In this document: piece by piece, positions 37,736-47,256 of the stretch
Numbering within the stretch: the stretch's first letter is position 1
How the letters are laid out: each line of letters opens with the position of its first letter
Assembly: GCA_963789725.1 (NCBI GenBank)
Contig: CAWBLU010000001.1
Coordinates: forward strand, 709,549 to 773,548
Source of the DNA: an uncultured Chloroflexia bacterium
GTDB lineage: Bacteria; Chloroflexota; Limnocylindria; Limnocylindrales; CSP1-4
Reading direction: 5' to 3'
DNA: 64,000 bases
Position numbers and translations under genes: made by a program
The notes under the pieces: generated by a model
Database searches by the model: none
Told to the model about the DNA's origin: nothing
The model's input: the letters and a program-made list of their open reading frames with translations, nothing else

Positions 37736-39859
37736 CTACCAGCCTCCCCCTCCGCCATGGCCGCCGCCACCGCCACCGCCACCGCTCGTCCAGCCGCCGC
37801 CACCACCGTGGCCGCCGCCGAATCCGCCGAATCCGCCGCCGCGGCTCGAACCGCCGCCGGTCCAGCCGCCGCCCGAGCCCCACGGCGTTCCGCCGAACCC
37901 GCCGTGCCGGCCGCCGCCGCTCAGGAGGCCGCCGATGACTCCGCCGAGAATCGCGGCCCCGACGTCCGTTCCGCCAGACCCGCCGGACCCGCCCGTGCCT
38001 CCGCGGCGGTCGTAGTCGTTGAAGTTCGTCTGAGCCAGGGACCGGGCCTCGTCCGCCATCTGATGGGCCGTGAGGGCCTCGCGCGTGGCTCCGTCCGGAT
38101 CGGTCGAGGCAAGGCTCTCGGCCTGGGCCATGTGCCTCTCCGCTTCGGCCAGGCGCGTGCGCGCCTGGGTGCCGATGCCGTCCCGGCGCGACGCCACGAA
38201 GGCGCTGGCCTGCGCGATGCTGATGGCCGCCGACTGATGCGTGGAGCCGTACGCGGCCTGGGCCCGGGCTTGCTGGGCGGCTGCCTCGCGAATTCCGGTG
38301 AGGGCGTGGTCCGCCTCGAGGTGGGCGGCCTGCGCCGCCTTGAGGGCAGCGATCGGATCCGGGGTCGCCGCGGCCGCCTGGCGCCGGGCTTCGCCGAGCA
38401 GCGTCTCGGCCTTGGAGAGGTCCGCGGCCTTTGCCGGGCCAGCGGCCGAGGGCGCCGCAGCAGCGGCCTTCTTTGCCGCCGCCAGGTCTTCGTCTGCCGC
38501 CGCGATCTCGCCGTCGAGCTGGCCGTGTGCCGTCTGGAGCGCGGCGGCGAGGCTCTCGACCGCGTCGAGGAGCTGGTTGGCCTGAGCCACCGCCTCCTGG
38601 GCGGCACGGGCCGCTCGGGCCGCGGCGTAGTTGTCGGGCGGCGTTGCCGCGAGTGCGGCCGAGCCTTTCGCGATCTGCGCCTCCGCGAAGTCGCCCCGCT
38701 TGTCGGCTTCCTCGGCGTTGCCCTTGACGGTCGCCCAGCTGGAAGGCGCATATGCAGTGAAGGTCGCGGCCGCTGCCTGAATGGCGGGCAGCCGCGCCTG
38801 GAGCGCTTCGATCGACTTGGGAAGTTCCGCCAGCGCGGTCGGGGCCGTCTTCTCGAGGTCCCGGAGGTTGTCGATGCGCTTGGCCTGCTCGTCTACGGCG
38901 GTAGTCGCGGCCTGGCAGTAGGCGATTATCTGGCCGTACATCTTCTCCTTGGTCGGCTGGTCTTCCGGGATCGAATCGTCGAGTTGCTGCCGGATGGCGA
39001 AGGCTTGCTTCAGATTCGCCTGGGCGGCGGTGACCGCGTCGGCGTAGGGCTTCACGTCCGCCCCGTCGAACTCCGCCTCCGCGAAACCGACTTCCTGGGT
39101 GGCATTGTGCAGGGCGTCGTCCGTATCGACGAGGAGCTTGTTGGCCTGACGCGCCAGGTCTCCCGTCTTCTTGTCACGCTCCTCGACGCTCAGACGTGAC
39201 TGCTGCCGCCCGCGGTACCACACGACCACGACGAACAGTCCGATGCCGATCAACAGGAGTGCGACCACGAACCACAGGAAAGTCGCGACACCCGAGGTGT
39301 CGACGGTCGTGGTGTTGTCGGCAGGGACGGGTGTCGGCTCGTCGGCAGTCGGCTTCGGCACGGGGTTCCTCGCCTGGAGGATGGCGCCGCCCAGCACATC
39401 GGTGAACTTGATGATTCCGGCCGAATAGTTGCCGGCTCGGAAGCTCGGCTCCATCTCCGAACCGAGCAGCCCGTCGATCTGCGAGCCGGGCAGGCCCGTC
39501 GCCTGGGTCTCCCACCAGCCGTAGCGATGGTCGTCGACGGCGATCAGGAGGACCAAGTCGTTGCCGCCGAGCCCGTTCGACTCGAAGGTCTGCTGGGCCA
39601 GATCCTGCGCCGTGGCCCCGCCGGTGCTCGAGATGAGTACTAGCCACAGCTGGACATTCTCCTGGTTCAGCAGGTCGTCGAGCGCGCTCTGAACCTGGGC
39701 CTGGTCCGACCCAAGAACCCCGGTCTGATCCGTGATCTGGCTGGTCAGGCTGGGGACGGATTGGGCCAGCGCCGCGGGCACGAGCAGGAGTGACAGAGTC
39801 CCTGCGAACAGGACCGGCCGAATTGTCGAGCGTAGCCAGGCGACGATCTTCATCGGCAC
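37736..39859 (-). CDS. TPM-domain (TLP18.3/Psb32/MOLO-1) membrane protein with long Ala/Gln-rich coiled-coil region and Gly-rich C-terminal tail
   Basis: Signal peptide, then a TPM block (TDQTGVLGSDQAQVQSALDDLLNQENVQLWLVLISS...), a transmembrane helix FLWFVVALLLIGIGLFVVVVWY, about 350 aa of alanine-rich helix, and a final GGGFGGFGGGHGGGGGW tail. It lies immediately upstream of pspA. Confidence 0.75.
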   Translation of the reverse strand: MPMKIVAWLRSTIRPVLFAGTLSLLLVPAALAQSVPSLTSQITDQTGVLGSDQAQVQSALDDLLNQENVQLWLVLISSTGGATAQDLAQQTFESNGLGGNDLVLLIAVDDHRYGWWETQATGLPGSQIDGLLGSEMEPSFRAGNYSAGIIKFTDVLGGAILQARNPVPKPTADEPTPVPADNTTTVDTSGVATFLWFVVALLLIGIGLFVVVVWYRGRQQSRLSVEERDKKTGDLARQANKLLVDTDDALHNATQEVGFAEAEFDGADVKPYADAVTAAQANLKQAFAIRQQLDDSIPEDQPTKEKMYGQIIAYCQAATTAVDEQAKRIDNLRDLEKTAPTALAELPKSIEALQARLPAIQAAAATFTAYAPSSWATVKGNAEEADKRGDFAEAQIAKGSAALAATPPDNYAAARAARAAQEAVAQANQLLDAVESLAAALQTAHGQLDGEIAAADEDLAAAKKAAAAAPSAAGPAKAADLSKAETLLGEARRQAAAATPDPIAALKAAQAAHLEADHALTGIREAAAQQARAQAAYGSTHQSAAISIAQASAFVASRRDGIGTQARTRLAEAERHMAQAESLASTDPDGATREALTAHQMADEARSLAQTNFNDYDRRGGTGGSGGSGGTDVGAAILGGVIGGLLSGGGRHGGFGGTPWGSGGGWTGGGSSRGGGFGGFGGGHGGGGGWTSGGGGGGGGHGGGGGW

Positions 39860-40058
39860 ATCCTACCCAACGCGCGAGCCCAGGTGTCCGGCATTCGCTC
39901 GAATTTGTGCGACGGCAGGCGCCGTTCGAAGTCGCAGAGGACCAGAGTCCGTGCCGGCAGCCCGCGATGGACGCTCCCCGCCGGTCTTCGGGCTATCTCC
40001 GTCAAGCCGACGACTGGCTCTGCCAAACGGCGTAATGGGCTGTTACTATCGCTTTCGC

Positions 40059-40133
40059 GCCGACATAGCTCAGCGGTAGAGCAGTTGTTTCGTAAACAAC
40101 AGGTCCTCGGTTCGAATCCGAGTGTCGGCTCCA
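40059..40133 (+). tRNA. tRNA-Thr (anticodon CGU)
   Basis: Cloverleaf folded by hand: acceptor gccgaca/tgtcggc, D arm gctc..gagc, anticodon stem gttgt/acaac with loop ttCGTaa, T arm ctcgg-ttcgaat-ccgag, and an encoded CCA. Confidence 0.9.
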
Positions 40134-40218
40134 CCCTTCCCCCGGCATCACGCTGCCGGGCCGACGCGCGCCGAACACGGTCGCGCCTCCCGGCGCGCGC
40201 CGTGTCGCGGGCCTCCGA

Positions 40219-41390
40219 TCAGACCGAGGGCGCCGGCCGTGGGGTGACGACCAGGACGGCGAGCGCCGCCACGGCGAGGGCCAGAATGATCGGCCAGGCA
40301 GCCCCGCCACGCCGACGGCGTCTGAGGCGAGGCCCAGCGCGGAGGGTGCCAGCAGGACCGCCGTGCCCGAAGCCAGTGTCGACCGGGCGGCCGCCGAAAG
40401 CGGAGCTTTCGGGGCACTCTGGAGCGCGGCAGTCAGCCCGACGGGCCACAGTGGGGCCAGGCCCAAACCGCCGAGGAAGAGCCCTGCTCCTGAAAGGGCG
40501 GGCGCAGGCGAGAGCCATACCAGGCTCGCGCCCAGCAACACCACTGCCAGGCCGACGGCAAGGATTCCTCGCGGCGCACGCCCTGCTCCCAATCCCCGCC
40601 CCACGGCGGCGCGGCCGACGAACATGCCGGCGACGAAGAGGCTCGCCAGCAGAGTCGCGTCGGCGGTGGACAGGCCGGTCTGCTTGCCCACGATGGTCGA
40701 ACCCCAGAAGACGAACGAGAATTCGATCGAGACCCCGAGCACGAGCAGGAGCCAGGCGAACCAGTAGGCTCGCGGCAGCCTGATGCGCGGCGGCCTGACC
40801 GAACTGTGAACCTCCGAGTCGCGCGGCCGGCTCAAGGTCAGGGCCAGGAAGGCCACGATCGGAACCAGCAGGGCCAGCCGCCAGGCATGCAGCCCCGCGA
40901 CCGCGAGTCCGATCGTCACGGGCGCCGCCGCGGCCGTGATCATCGACAGGGCGTTGGCCTGGCCCATGGCCCGACGCGTTGCCGCCACGTCCGGGCGGAT
41001 CAGCCGGACGTTGATGTCGGTGCCAAGAACCCCGCCGCCAAACCCGATCAGCAGTGCCCCGGACAGCGATGCGGGCAGGGTTGGAGCCAGAACGATGAGA
41101 CCGAGGGCCACGACCAGGATGGCCACGGCCAGGTCGAGCAGCCAGCGCGGTCCCACCCAGCGGGCGATCTGGTCGGCGGCGACTCCGGCCATGAGCACGC
41201 CCACGGCGAGAGCGGAGGCATGAAGCCCGGCCTGGAAGTCGGTCAGGCCCAGGTCCGTGCGCAGATACGGCGTGGCGTTGCCGAGGGCGTAGAGCACGTA
41301 TCCCCAGACCGACAGATAGGAGTAGGCGGTCCAGGTCGCCCAGCGTCCCGGTGCCGTGGCGCGACCGTCGGTGGTAATCGCGGCAGCCAA
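40219..41390 (-). pseudogene. MFS transporter (12-TM), frameshifted in a C4/G4 run near 40302-40305
   Basis: Eleven helices read in the main frame as far as ...ASDAVGVAGLPG. TM12 and the true stop (WPIILALAVAALAVLVVTPRPAPSV*, stop 40219-40221) lie in another frame. The alternative, ORF 40002..41390 running antisense through the tRNA, is implausible. Inserting one G restores a continuous protein. Confidence 0.6.
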
Positions 41391-41396
41391 GGCTGG

Positions 41397-43931
41397 CTAG
41401 GCCCCGACTTCGACTATCGTCGCCAGCCGCAGGTCGCCGACGCTGCGGCCGACGCGAACCTCGAACGAGCCCGGTTCGATCGCCCAATCGCCGCCGGCCT
41501 CGTCCCAGTGCCGGAGCGCCCAACGGTCCAGCGGGACCACGACCTCGATCGTCTGCCCGGCGCCGGCCTCCACGGCTTCGTAACCACCCAGCCAGAGCAG
41601 CGGCCTCTCGATCGAACTGGCCGGGCGGGCGAGATACACCTGCACGACTTCGCGGCCGGGCCGGGCGCCGGAATTTCGGAGACGGACCCTGACCGACGGC
41701 GAACCGTCCCCGGTCTCCGGCTCCGCGTCGAGGTAGGTCCACGTGGTGTAACCTCCGCCATGCCCGAAGGAGAAGGCCGGTGCCTTTGCGGCCCGTAGCC
41801 AGGCCTTGTAGCCGACGTGGAGCCCCTCGGTGTATTCGAGCCGGCCGTCGACGGGCTGCGTGTCCAGAACGGGCACGTCGTCCATCGTGGCCGGCCACGT
41901 GGTCGGCAGGCGCCCGCCCGGCTCAACGTGGCCGAGCAACATGTCGGCGAGGGCGTTGCCCGCCTCCTGGCCCGGGAACCATGTGAGCAGGACGGCGGCC
42001 ACGTCGTCGCGCCACGGCATCTCGACGGGGGCTCCCGCGGACACGACCACGATCGTGCGGGGGTTGACCGCGGCCACGCGGCGGACGAGTTCGTCCTGGG
42101 CCGGGGGCAGGGCCAGGGACTTCCGGTCCCGCCCTTCACTCTCCTCCTGGTCGCCGGTGCCGATGACGAGGACGACGGCATCGGCGGCTCGGGCCAAACG
42201 CTCCGATTCATTCAGGGCTTCGGATGGGGCTACGGTCGGCTTCTCCATGGAGAGCGACAGGACCACCTGGTTGTGGTCGAAGAACTTGCGCCAGCGGGCC
42301 CGGAACTCTACCGGGCGGCGCGCCTCCATCTCGATCTCGGCCACGTGGTACGGCTGTTCGCTCCAGATCCCGTCCAGCTCGAAGGCCGCCGGCGACTCGC
42401 CCTCCTCGACGATCAGCTCGCCGTCGATCCAGACCGCGGTCCGGCCGCGGGCCGCGAGACCGATCCTGTGCTTGCCGCTGACCGAGGAGACGATTCGGGT
42501 CGAAATCTCGAGCACGGACGGGCCGGCCAGGATCGGATCCCCGCCCCACACCAGTCTTCCATCCGGGCGGATGTAGCGGCGGATCTCCGGGCCTATTTCC
42601 CCGTCCAGGTCGGCGGTCGGCGTGGCCGGGCCGCCCGCCGCGGCCTCGTCAAGGACGCGGACCAGGATGCCGGGCTTTGCGGCGCCCTCACCGGCGCCCC
42701 CGGGAAGGAGCACCTCGTCCTGGGCCACGAGCTGCCAGCCGGGTCGGATGCGGTCGGACGGATTGGCGAGTATCTCGACGCCGGGCAGCGCCGCCCGGAT
42801 GCCATCCAGGGGCGTCACCGCGTAATCGGGCCGCAGGTTGGCGCTGCCGCCGCCCTGGCCGGGAGGAACGGCCGCGCTCGGGCCGAGGACCGCCAGCCGC
42901 CGCAACTCGCCGGCGGCGAGTGGCAGGGTGCCGTCGTTGCTCAGAAGAACCGAGCCGGCCGCCGAGACCTGCCGCAGGAGCGCGGCCACCTCCGGCGGCG
43001 ACGGCCGCACGGCCGGGGCAGTCGCCGGTGCCACTCCTTCGAGCGCGCCCACGCGTGCGGCCAGGCGCAGCAGCCGCCGCACTTTGTCGTCGATCGCGCC
43101 GACGCCGACGTCCCCGGCCTTGACCGCAGCCAGGAGCGCGGCCCCCCACGGGCCGTCGGGGCCGGGCATGACAAGGTCCAGGGCCGCCCTCCCCGCCTCA
43201 ACGGTCCGCTTGGTGGCGTACCAGTCACTGACTACAACCCCGTCGAAGCCCCACGTCTCCTTGAGTGGGTCGCGGAGCAGGTCGCTCTCGGTCATCGGAA
43301 AGCCCCGCACACCGCCGTATGCGGCCATCACCGACCATGCCCCGGTCTCGCGCACGGTCCGCTCGAACGGGGCCATGTAGAGCTCCCGGAGCGGCCGCTC
43401 GTCGGCCTCGACGGTCAGCGTCTGGCGTTCCGTCTCGGAGTCGTTGCAGACATAGTGCTTGGGGCACCCGCCCACGCCGTGCATCTGCAACCCGCGCACG
43501 TAGGCCGCGGCGATCCGGCCGGTCAGGAGCGGGTCCTCCGAGAACTGCTCGAAGTGGCGCCCGCCCAGGGGCGATCGGTGCAGGTTGATGGTCGGGCCGA
43601 GCAGAACGTCGACGCCTTTGGCCCGGGCCTCGCCCGCGAGCAAGGCTCCCACTTTGCCGACGAGATCCTCGTCCCAGCTCGCGGCCAGGGCCGTCGGACC
43701 GGGCAGGCTGGTCGTCGTCTCGTCGTGGCCGACAGAGCCGCCCTTGACGCCTGCAGGGCCGTCGGAGACCACCACGGTGCGCAGGCCGACAGCCGGGACG
43801 GCGTGAGTCTTCCAGAAGTCGGCGCCGGTCAGCAGGTGAACTTTCGTTTCCAGGTCGAGCCCGGCGATCGCTCGTTCGACGGCGGCCTCCACGGTGGCTT
43901 CGTAGTCGGTTCCGGGCGCGCCGGTGCTCAC
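41397..43931 (-). CDS. Glycoside hydrolase family 3 beta-glucosidase (with PA14-like insertion)
   Basis: TKVHLLTGADFWKT...GPTINLHRSPLGGRHFEQFSEDPLL...GFDGVVVSDW, plus a C-terminal domain. GTG at 43931 with a ggagg ribosome-binding site. Confidence 0.85.
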   Translation of the reverse strand: MSTGAPGTDYEATVEAAVERAIAGLDLETKVHLLTGADFWKTHAVPAVGLRTVVVSDGPAGVKGGSVGHDETTTSLPGPTALAASWDEDLVGKVGALLAGEARAKGVDVLLGPTINLHRSPLGGRHFEQFSEDPLLTGRIAAAYVRGLQMHGVGGCPKHYVCNDSETERQTLTVEADERPLRELYMAPFERTVRETGAWSVMAAYGGVRGFPMTESDLLRDPLKETWGFDGVVVSDWYATKRTVEAGRAALDLVMPGPDGPWGAALLAAVKAGDVGVGAIDDKVRRLLRLAARVGALEGVAPATAPAVRPSPPEVAALLRQVSAAGSVLLSNDGTLPLAAGELRRLAVLGPSAAVPPGQGGGSANLRPDYAVTPLDGIRAALPGVEILANPSDRIRPGWQLVAQDEVLLPGGAGEGAAKPGILVRVLDEAAAGGPATPTADLDGEIGPEIRRYIRPDGRLVWGGDPILAGPSVLEISTRIVSSVSGKHRIGLAARGRTAVWIDGELIVEEGESPAAFELDGIWSEQPYHVAEIEMEARRPVEFRARWRKFFDHNQVVLSLSMEKPTVAPSEALNESERLARAADAVVLVIGTGDQEESEGRDRKSLALPPAQDELVRRVAAVNPRTIVVVSAGAPVEMPWRDDVAAVLLTWFPGQEAGNALADMLLGHVEPGGRLPTTWPATMDDVPVLDTQPVDGRLEYTEGLHVGYKAWLRAAKAPAFSFGHGGGYTTWTYLDAEPETGDGSPSVRVRLRNSGARPGREVVQVYLARPASSIERPLLWLGGYEAVEAGAGQTIEVVVPLDRWALRHWDEAGGDWAIEPGSFEVRVGRSVGDLRLATIVEVGA

Positions 43932-44079
43932 TGGGAGACCTCCAGATGGGACCCTTCGTTGGCTCGGCATCAGTCTAAACCGGTCAGCGAAACGGCCGAC
44001 CGGCGGCTTCCTGACCCGGTCGGGGCGGCTTGCATACATGGCTTGCATTCTCTGGCGCGTTTTTGCGTAGAATTGCAGC

Positions 44080-45093
44080 ATGTCGAAACGACTTGCAGAA
44101 GTTGCGCGCAAGGTGGGCGTCAGCGAGGCGACCGTTAGCCGCGTTCTCAACGAGCGGCCCGGAGTCTCAGAGCCCACGCGCCAGGCTGTCCTCACCGCCC
44201 TGGACGTCCTGGGCTATGAGCGACCGACCAAGCTGCGAGGAGAGCGGGCGAGGCTCGTCGGCCTGGTCCTGCCCGAACTGCAGAACCCGATCTTCCCTGC
44301 CTTCGCTGAGGTCGTGGGCGGGGCGTTGGCCCAGCGCGGCTTCACGCCGGTTCTCTGCACCCAGACCACCGGCGGCGTCTCCGAGGCCGACTACGTGGAC
44401 CTCCTTCTGCAGCAGCAGGTCTCGGGCATCGTCTTCGTCGGCGGCCTGTACGCCCAGGAGGACGCGCCGCACGAACACTACGCTCTGCTGGCGAGACGCC
44501 ACCTGCCCACGGTGCTCGTCAACGCCTCGGTCAAGGGCCTGGACTTTCCGTGCGTCTCGTGCGACGACAGCGTGGCTATAGAGCAGGCCATGGGCCATCT
44601 ACTATCACTCGGCCATACCCAAATCGGCGTCCTCATCGGGCCGCCGGACCATGTTCCCTCGCAGCGTAAGCTGGCCGCGGCCAGAACGGTAGCCGCCAGA
44701 TCGGGCATTGCCCTGGAGGCGGACCAGGTCGCGCATTCCCACTATTCGCTCGAGGGGGCTCAGGCCGCGGCGATGCGACTGCTCGATGCCGGCGTTACGG
44801 GGATTGTCTGCGCCAGCGATCCCATGGCACTCGGGGCGATACGCGCGGCCAAACGAACCGGTCTGGTAGTGCCGCGGGACGTCTCGGTCGTGGGCTTCGA
44901 CGACTCGGCCTTGATGAACAGCATCGATCCGCCACTTACGACCGTGCGGCAGCCGATCGAGCCCATGTGCCGGATGATCATCGAGCTCCTGGCCAGCCAG
45001 ATCTCCGGGACGTCCCTGTCCCACGACGAGCTCCTCTTCGAGCCGGAGCTGGTCGTTCGCGGTTCAACCGCTCCTCCCGCCGCCACGCGGTAG
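44080..45093 (+). CDS. LacI family transcriptional regulator
   Basis: MSKRLAEVARKVGVSEATVSRVLNERPGVSEPTRQAVLTALDVLGYERP. Divergent from the GH3 gene; ttgcat/ttgcag repeats lie in the shared 148-bp intergenic region. Confidence 0.9.
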   Translation: MSKRLAEVARKVGVSEATVSRVLNERPGVSEPTRQAVLTALDVLGYERPTKLRGERARLVGLVLPELQNPIFPAFAEVVGGALAQRGFTPVLCTQTTGGVSEADYVDLLLQQQVSGIVFVGGLYAQEDAPHEHYALLARRHLPTVLVNASVKGLDFPCVSCDDSVAIEQAMGHLLSLGHTQIGVLIGPPDHVPSQRKLAAARTVAARSGIALEADQVAHSHYSLEGAQAAAMRLLDAGVTGIVCASDPMALGAIRAAKRTGLVVPRDVSVVGFDDSALMNSIDPPLTTVRQPIEPMCRMIIELLASQISGTSLSHDELLFEPELVVRGSTAPPAATR

Positions 45094-45410
45094 GGTCGAC
45101 CTCGCGAAAGAAGGGCCGATCGGGCCGGCGGATGTGGAAGCCTGGCCCGGCTGGTCCGGCCGGCGCGGCGCACGGGGTCGGGCTCAAGGACCGCCAGACC
45201 GGCCTCGCTCCTCCGTTTCCGAACGCCCACCATGCCTGCCCGAACCCCTGACGGCACGGTATGAGTCAGCTAGTTGCCATCAACCGCGTGGTACTGAGCT
45301 AAATCTTGTTCAGATCTTGCATTTCATTGTTCGATAGTGTACTTTGCGCAGCGCGGTGCCAAGGGTGCCCTCAGGTGTGGCACCAGCCGCTTGACCGGAG
45401 CTGAGTCCAA

Positions 45411-47165
45411 GTGACAGACGGGGTCCTGGCAGGTGCGGCAATACAGCCCAGAGCGACCGATGCGTCGTCGGGGTCCACCGGCACCGTCTGGGGCGAAGAC
45501 CAGTGGTGGCGCCGCGCGGTCATATACGAGGTGTACGTTCGCAGCTTCGCGGACGGCAACGGCGACGGCATCGGCGACCTCGCCGGCGTGCGCGCCCGAC
45601 TGGAATACCTTGCCGACCTGGGTGTGGATGCGATCTGGTTCACGCCGTGGTACGTGTCGCCGCTCGCGGACGGCGGATACGACGTCGCGGACTACCGCGC
45701 CATCGACCCCGCGTTCGGTTCACTCGGCGAGGCGGAACAGCTGATCGCCGAGGCCCGCGCCTTGGGGATCCGGACCATCGTCGACGTCGTTCCGAATCAC
45801 GTGTCGGACCGGCACCCCTGGTTCGTGGCCGCCCTGGCCGCGGCGCCGGGTTCGCCGGAGCGAGCCCGCTTCTGGTTTCGGCCGGGGAGCGGCGTGAACG
45901 GCGAGCTCATGCCCAACAACTGGGTCTCCAACTTCTCGGGTCCCACCTGGACGCGGACGACCAATCCCGATGGAACGCCGGGGGAGTGGTACCTGCACCT
46001 TTTCTCGTCTCAGCAGCCCGACCTGAACTGGAGCGACCCGGAGGTTCGGGCCGAGCACGAAGCGATCCTTCGGTTCTGGTTCGACCGCGGCGTCGCGGGC
46101 GTCCGTATCGACTCGGCCGCCTTGCTGGTCAAGGACCCGGCTCTGCCCGAGGTCCCGGCTGAGCCGGCGCCCGGCGAGCACCCCAACACCGATCGCGATG
46201 AGCTGCACGAGATCTATCGAGGCTGGCGGGCCGTAGCCGACACATACCCCGACGAGCGGATTCTGGTGGGCGAGATCTGGCTGCCGGACATCGACCGGTT
46301 CGCCAAGTACCTGCGACCGGACGAACTTCACACCGCCTTCAACTTCGACTTCCTCGCCCGACCGTGGGACGCGGCGAGTCTACGGGCCTCGATCGACATG
46401 ACTCTTGCCGCCCACGCTCCGGTCGGCGCTCCACCCACATGGGTCCTGTCGAACCACGACGTCACCCGGCCCGTGACCAGATACGGCCAGGCGGACACGG
46501 CCTTCTCGTTCGCCACCAAGAGGGCGGGTGTTCCCACCGACCTGGCCCTGGGCCGGCGGCGCTCCAGGGCGGCGGCGATGCTGTGCGCCGCCCTGCCGGG
46601 GTCTCTCTACATATACCAGGGCGAGGAGCTGGGCCTGGACGAGGTCCAGGACTTGCCCGCCGAGCAGCGCCAGGACCCGATGTACCACCGTTCCGGCGGC
46701 AGCGATCCCGGCCGGGACGGATGCCGCGTGCCCCTGCCGTGGGCGGGCCTCGAGCCACCCTTCGGGTTCAGCCCGTCGGACGCGACCGCCGAGCCCTGGC
46801 TGCCGCAGCCGAGCCATTGGGCTCGGCTGACAGTCGAGGCGGAGGAAGCCGACCCGGGCTCGATGCTGAGCCTATACCGGGAGATGCTGCGGATTCGGCG
46901 GAGCGACCGCGACCTTGGCCGGGCGCCGCTCAGGTGGCTGCCCTCCGACCCCGAAGTGCTCGCGTTCCGCCGGGGAGACGGCTTCGTCTGCGTCGCCAAT
47001 CTCTCGTGCACTCCTATCGAATTGCCCGCCGAGGCTTCCGTACTGCTAGCCAGCACCGACCTCACGTGCGGCCATCTGCCGTCGGACGCGACCGCCTGGT
47101 TGCGGCCCGACCGGCCCCAAACCGAGGACCACATCCTCCGGTTCCGGAGTGTGGGAGGAGAATGA
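45411..47165 (+). CDS. GH13 alpha-glucosidase / oligo-1,6-glucosidase (AglA-like)
   Basis: AVIYEVYVRSFADGNGDGIGDLAGV...DVVPNHVSDRHPWF...GVRIDSA...EIW are GH13 regions I-IV. Confidence 0.9.
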   Translation: MTDGVLAGAAIQPRATDASSGSTGTVWGEDQWWRRAVIYEVYVRSFADGNGDGIGDLAGVRARLEYLADLGVDAIWFTPWYVSPLADGGYDVADYRAIDPAFGSLGEAEQLIAEARALGIRTIVDVVPNHVSDRHPWFVAALAAAPGSPERARFWFRPGSGVNGELMPNNWVSNFSGPTWTRTTNPDGTPGEWYLHLFSSQQPDLNWSDPEVRAEHEAILRFWFDRGVAGVRIDSAALLVKDPALPEVPAEPAPGEHPNTDRDELHEIYRGWRAVADTYPDERILVGEIWLPDIDRFAKYLRPDELHTAFNFDFLARPWDAASLRASIDMTLAAHAPVGAPPTWVLSNHDVTRPVTRYGQADTAFSFATKRAGVPTDLALGRRRSRAAAMLCAALPGSLYIYQGEELGLDEVQDLPAEQRQDPMYHRSGGSDPGRDGCRVPLPWAGLEPPFGFSPSDATAEPWLPQPSHWARLTVEAEEADPGSMLSLYREMLRIRRSDRDLGRAPLRWLPSDPEVLAFRRGDGFVCVANLSCTPIELPAEASVLLASTDLTCGHLPSDATAWLRPDRPQTEDHILRFRSVGGE

Positions 47166-47256
47166 GGATGGTGTGACGGCCCAGACACGCTATCAGGGGG
47201 ACCCGGGCTCACCCAAGGAGCCCAGAATCGAGCCAGAGATCAAGGTGAGTGAGGAT

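Noticed and set aside
40134-40218. tRNA-Thr 3' flank as an integration site for a mobile element
   Set aside because: No integrase, no direct repeat of the tRNA 3' end, and no composition shift. The adjacent gene is an ordinary MFS transporter.
40002-41390. Full-length 462-aa MFS ORF running antisense across tRNA-Thr
   Set aside because: The last ~60 residues are Arg/Pro/Ser-rich and include translation of the tRNA. TM12 and a proper stop are found in a neighbouring frame after a C4 run, so a frameshifted gene ending at 40219 is called instead.
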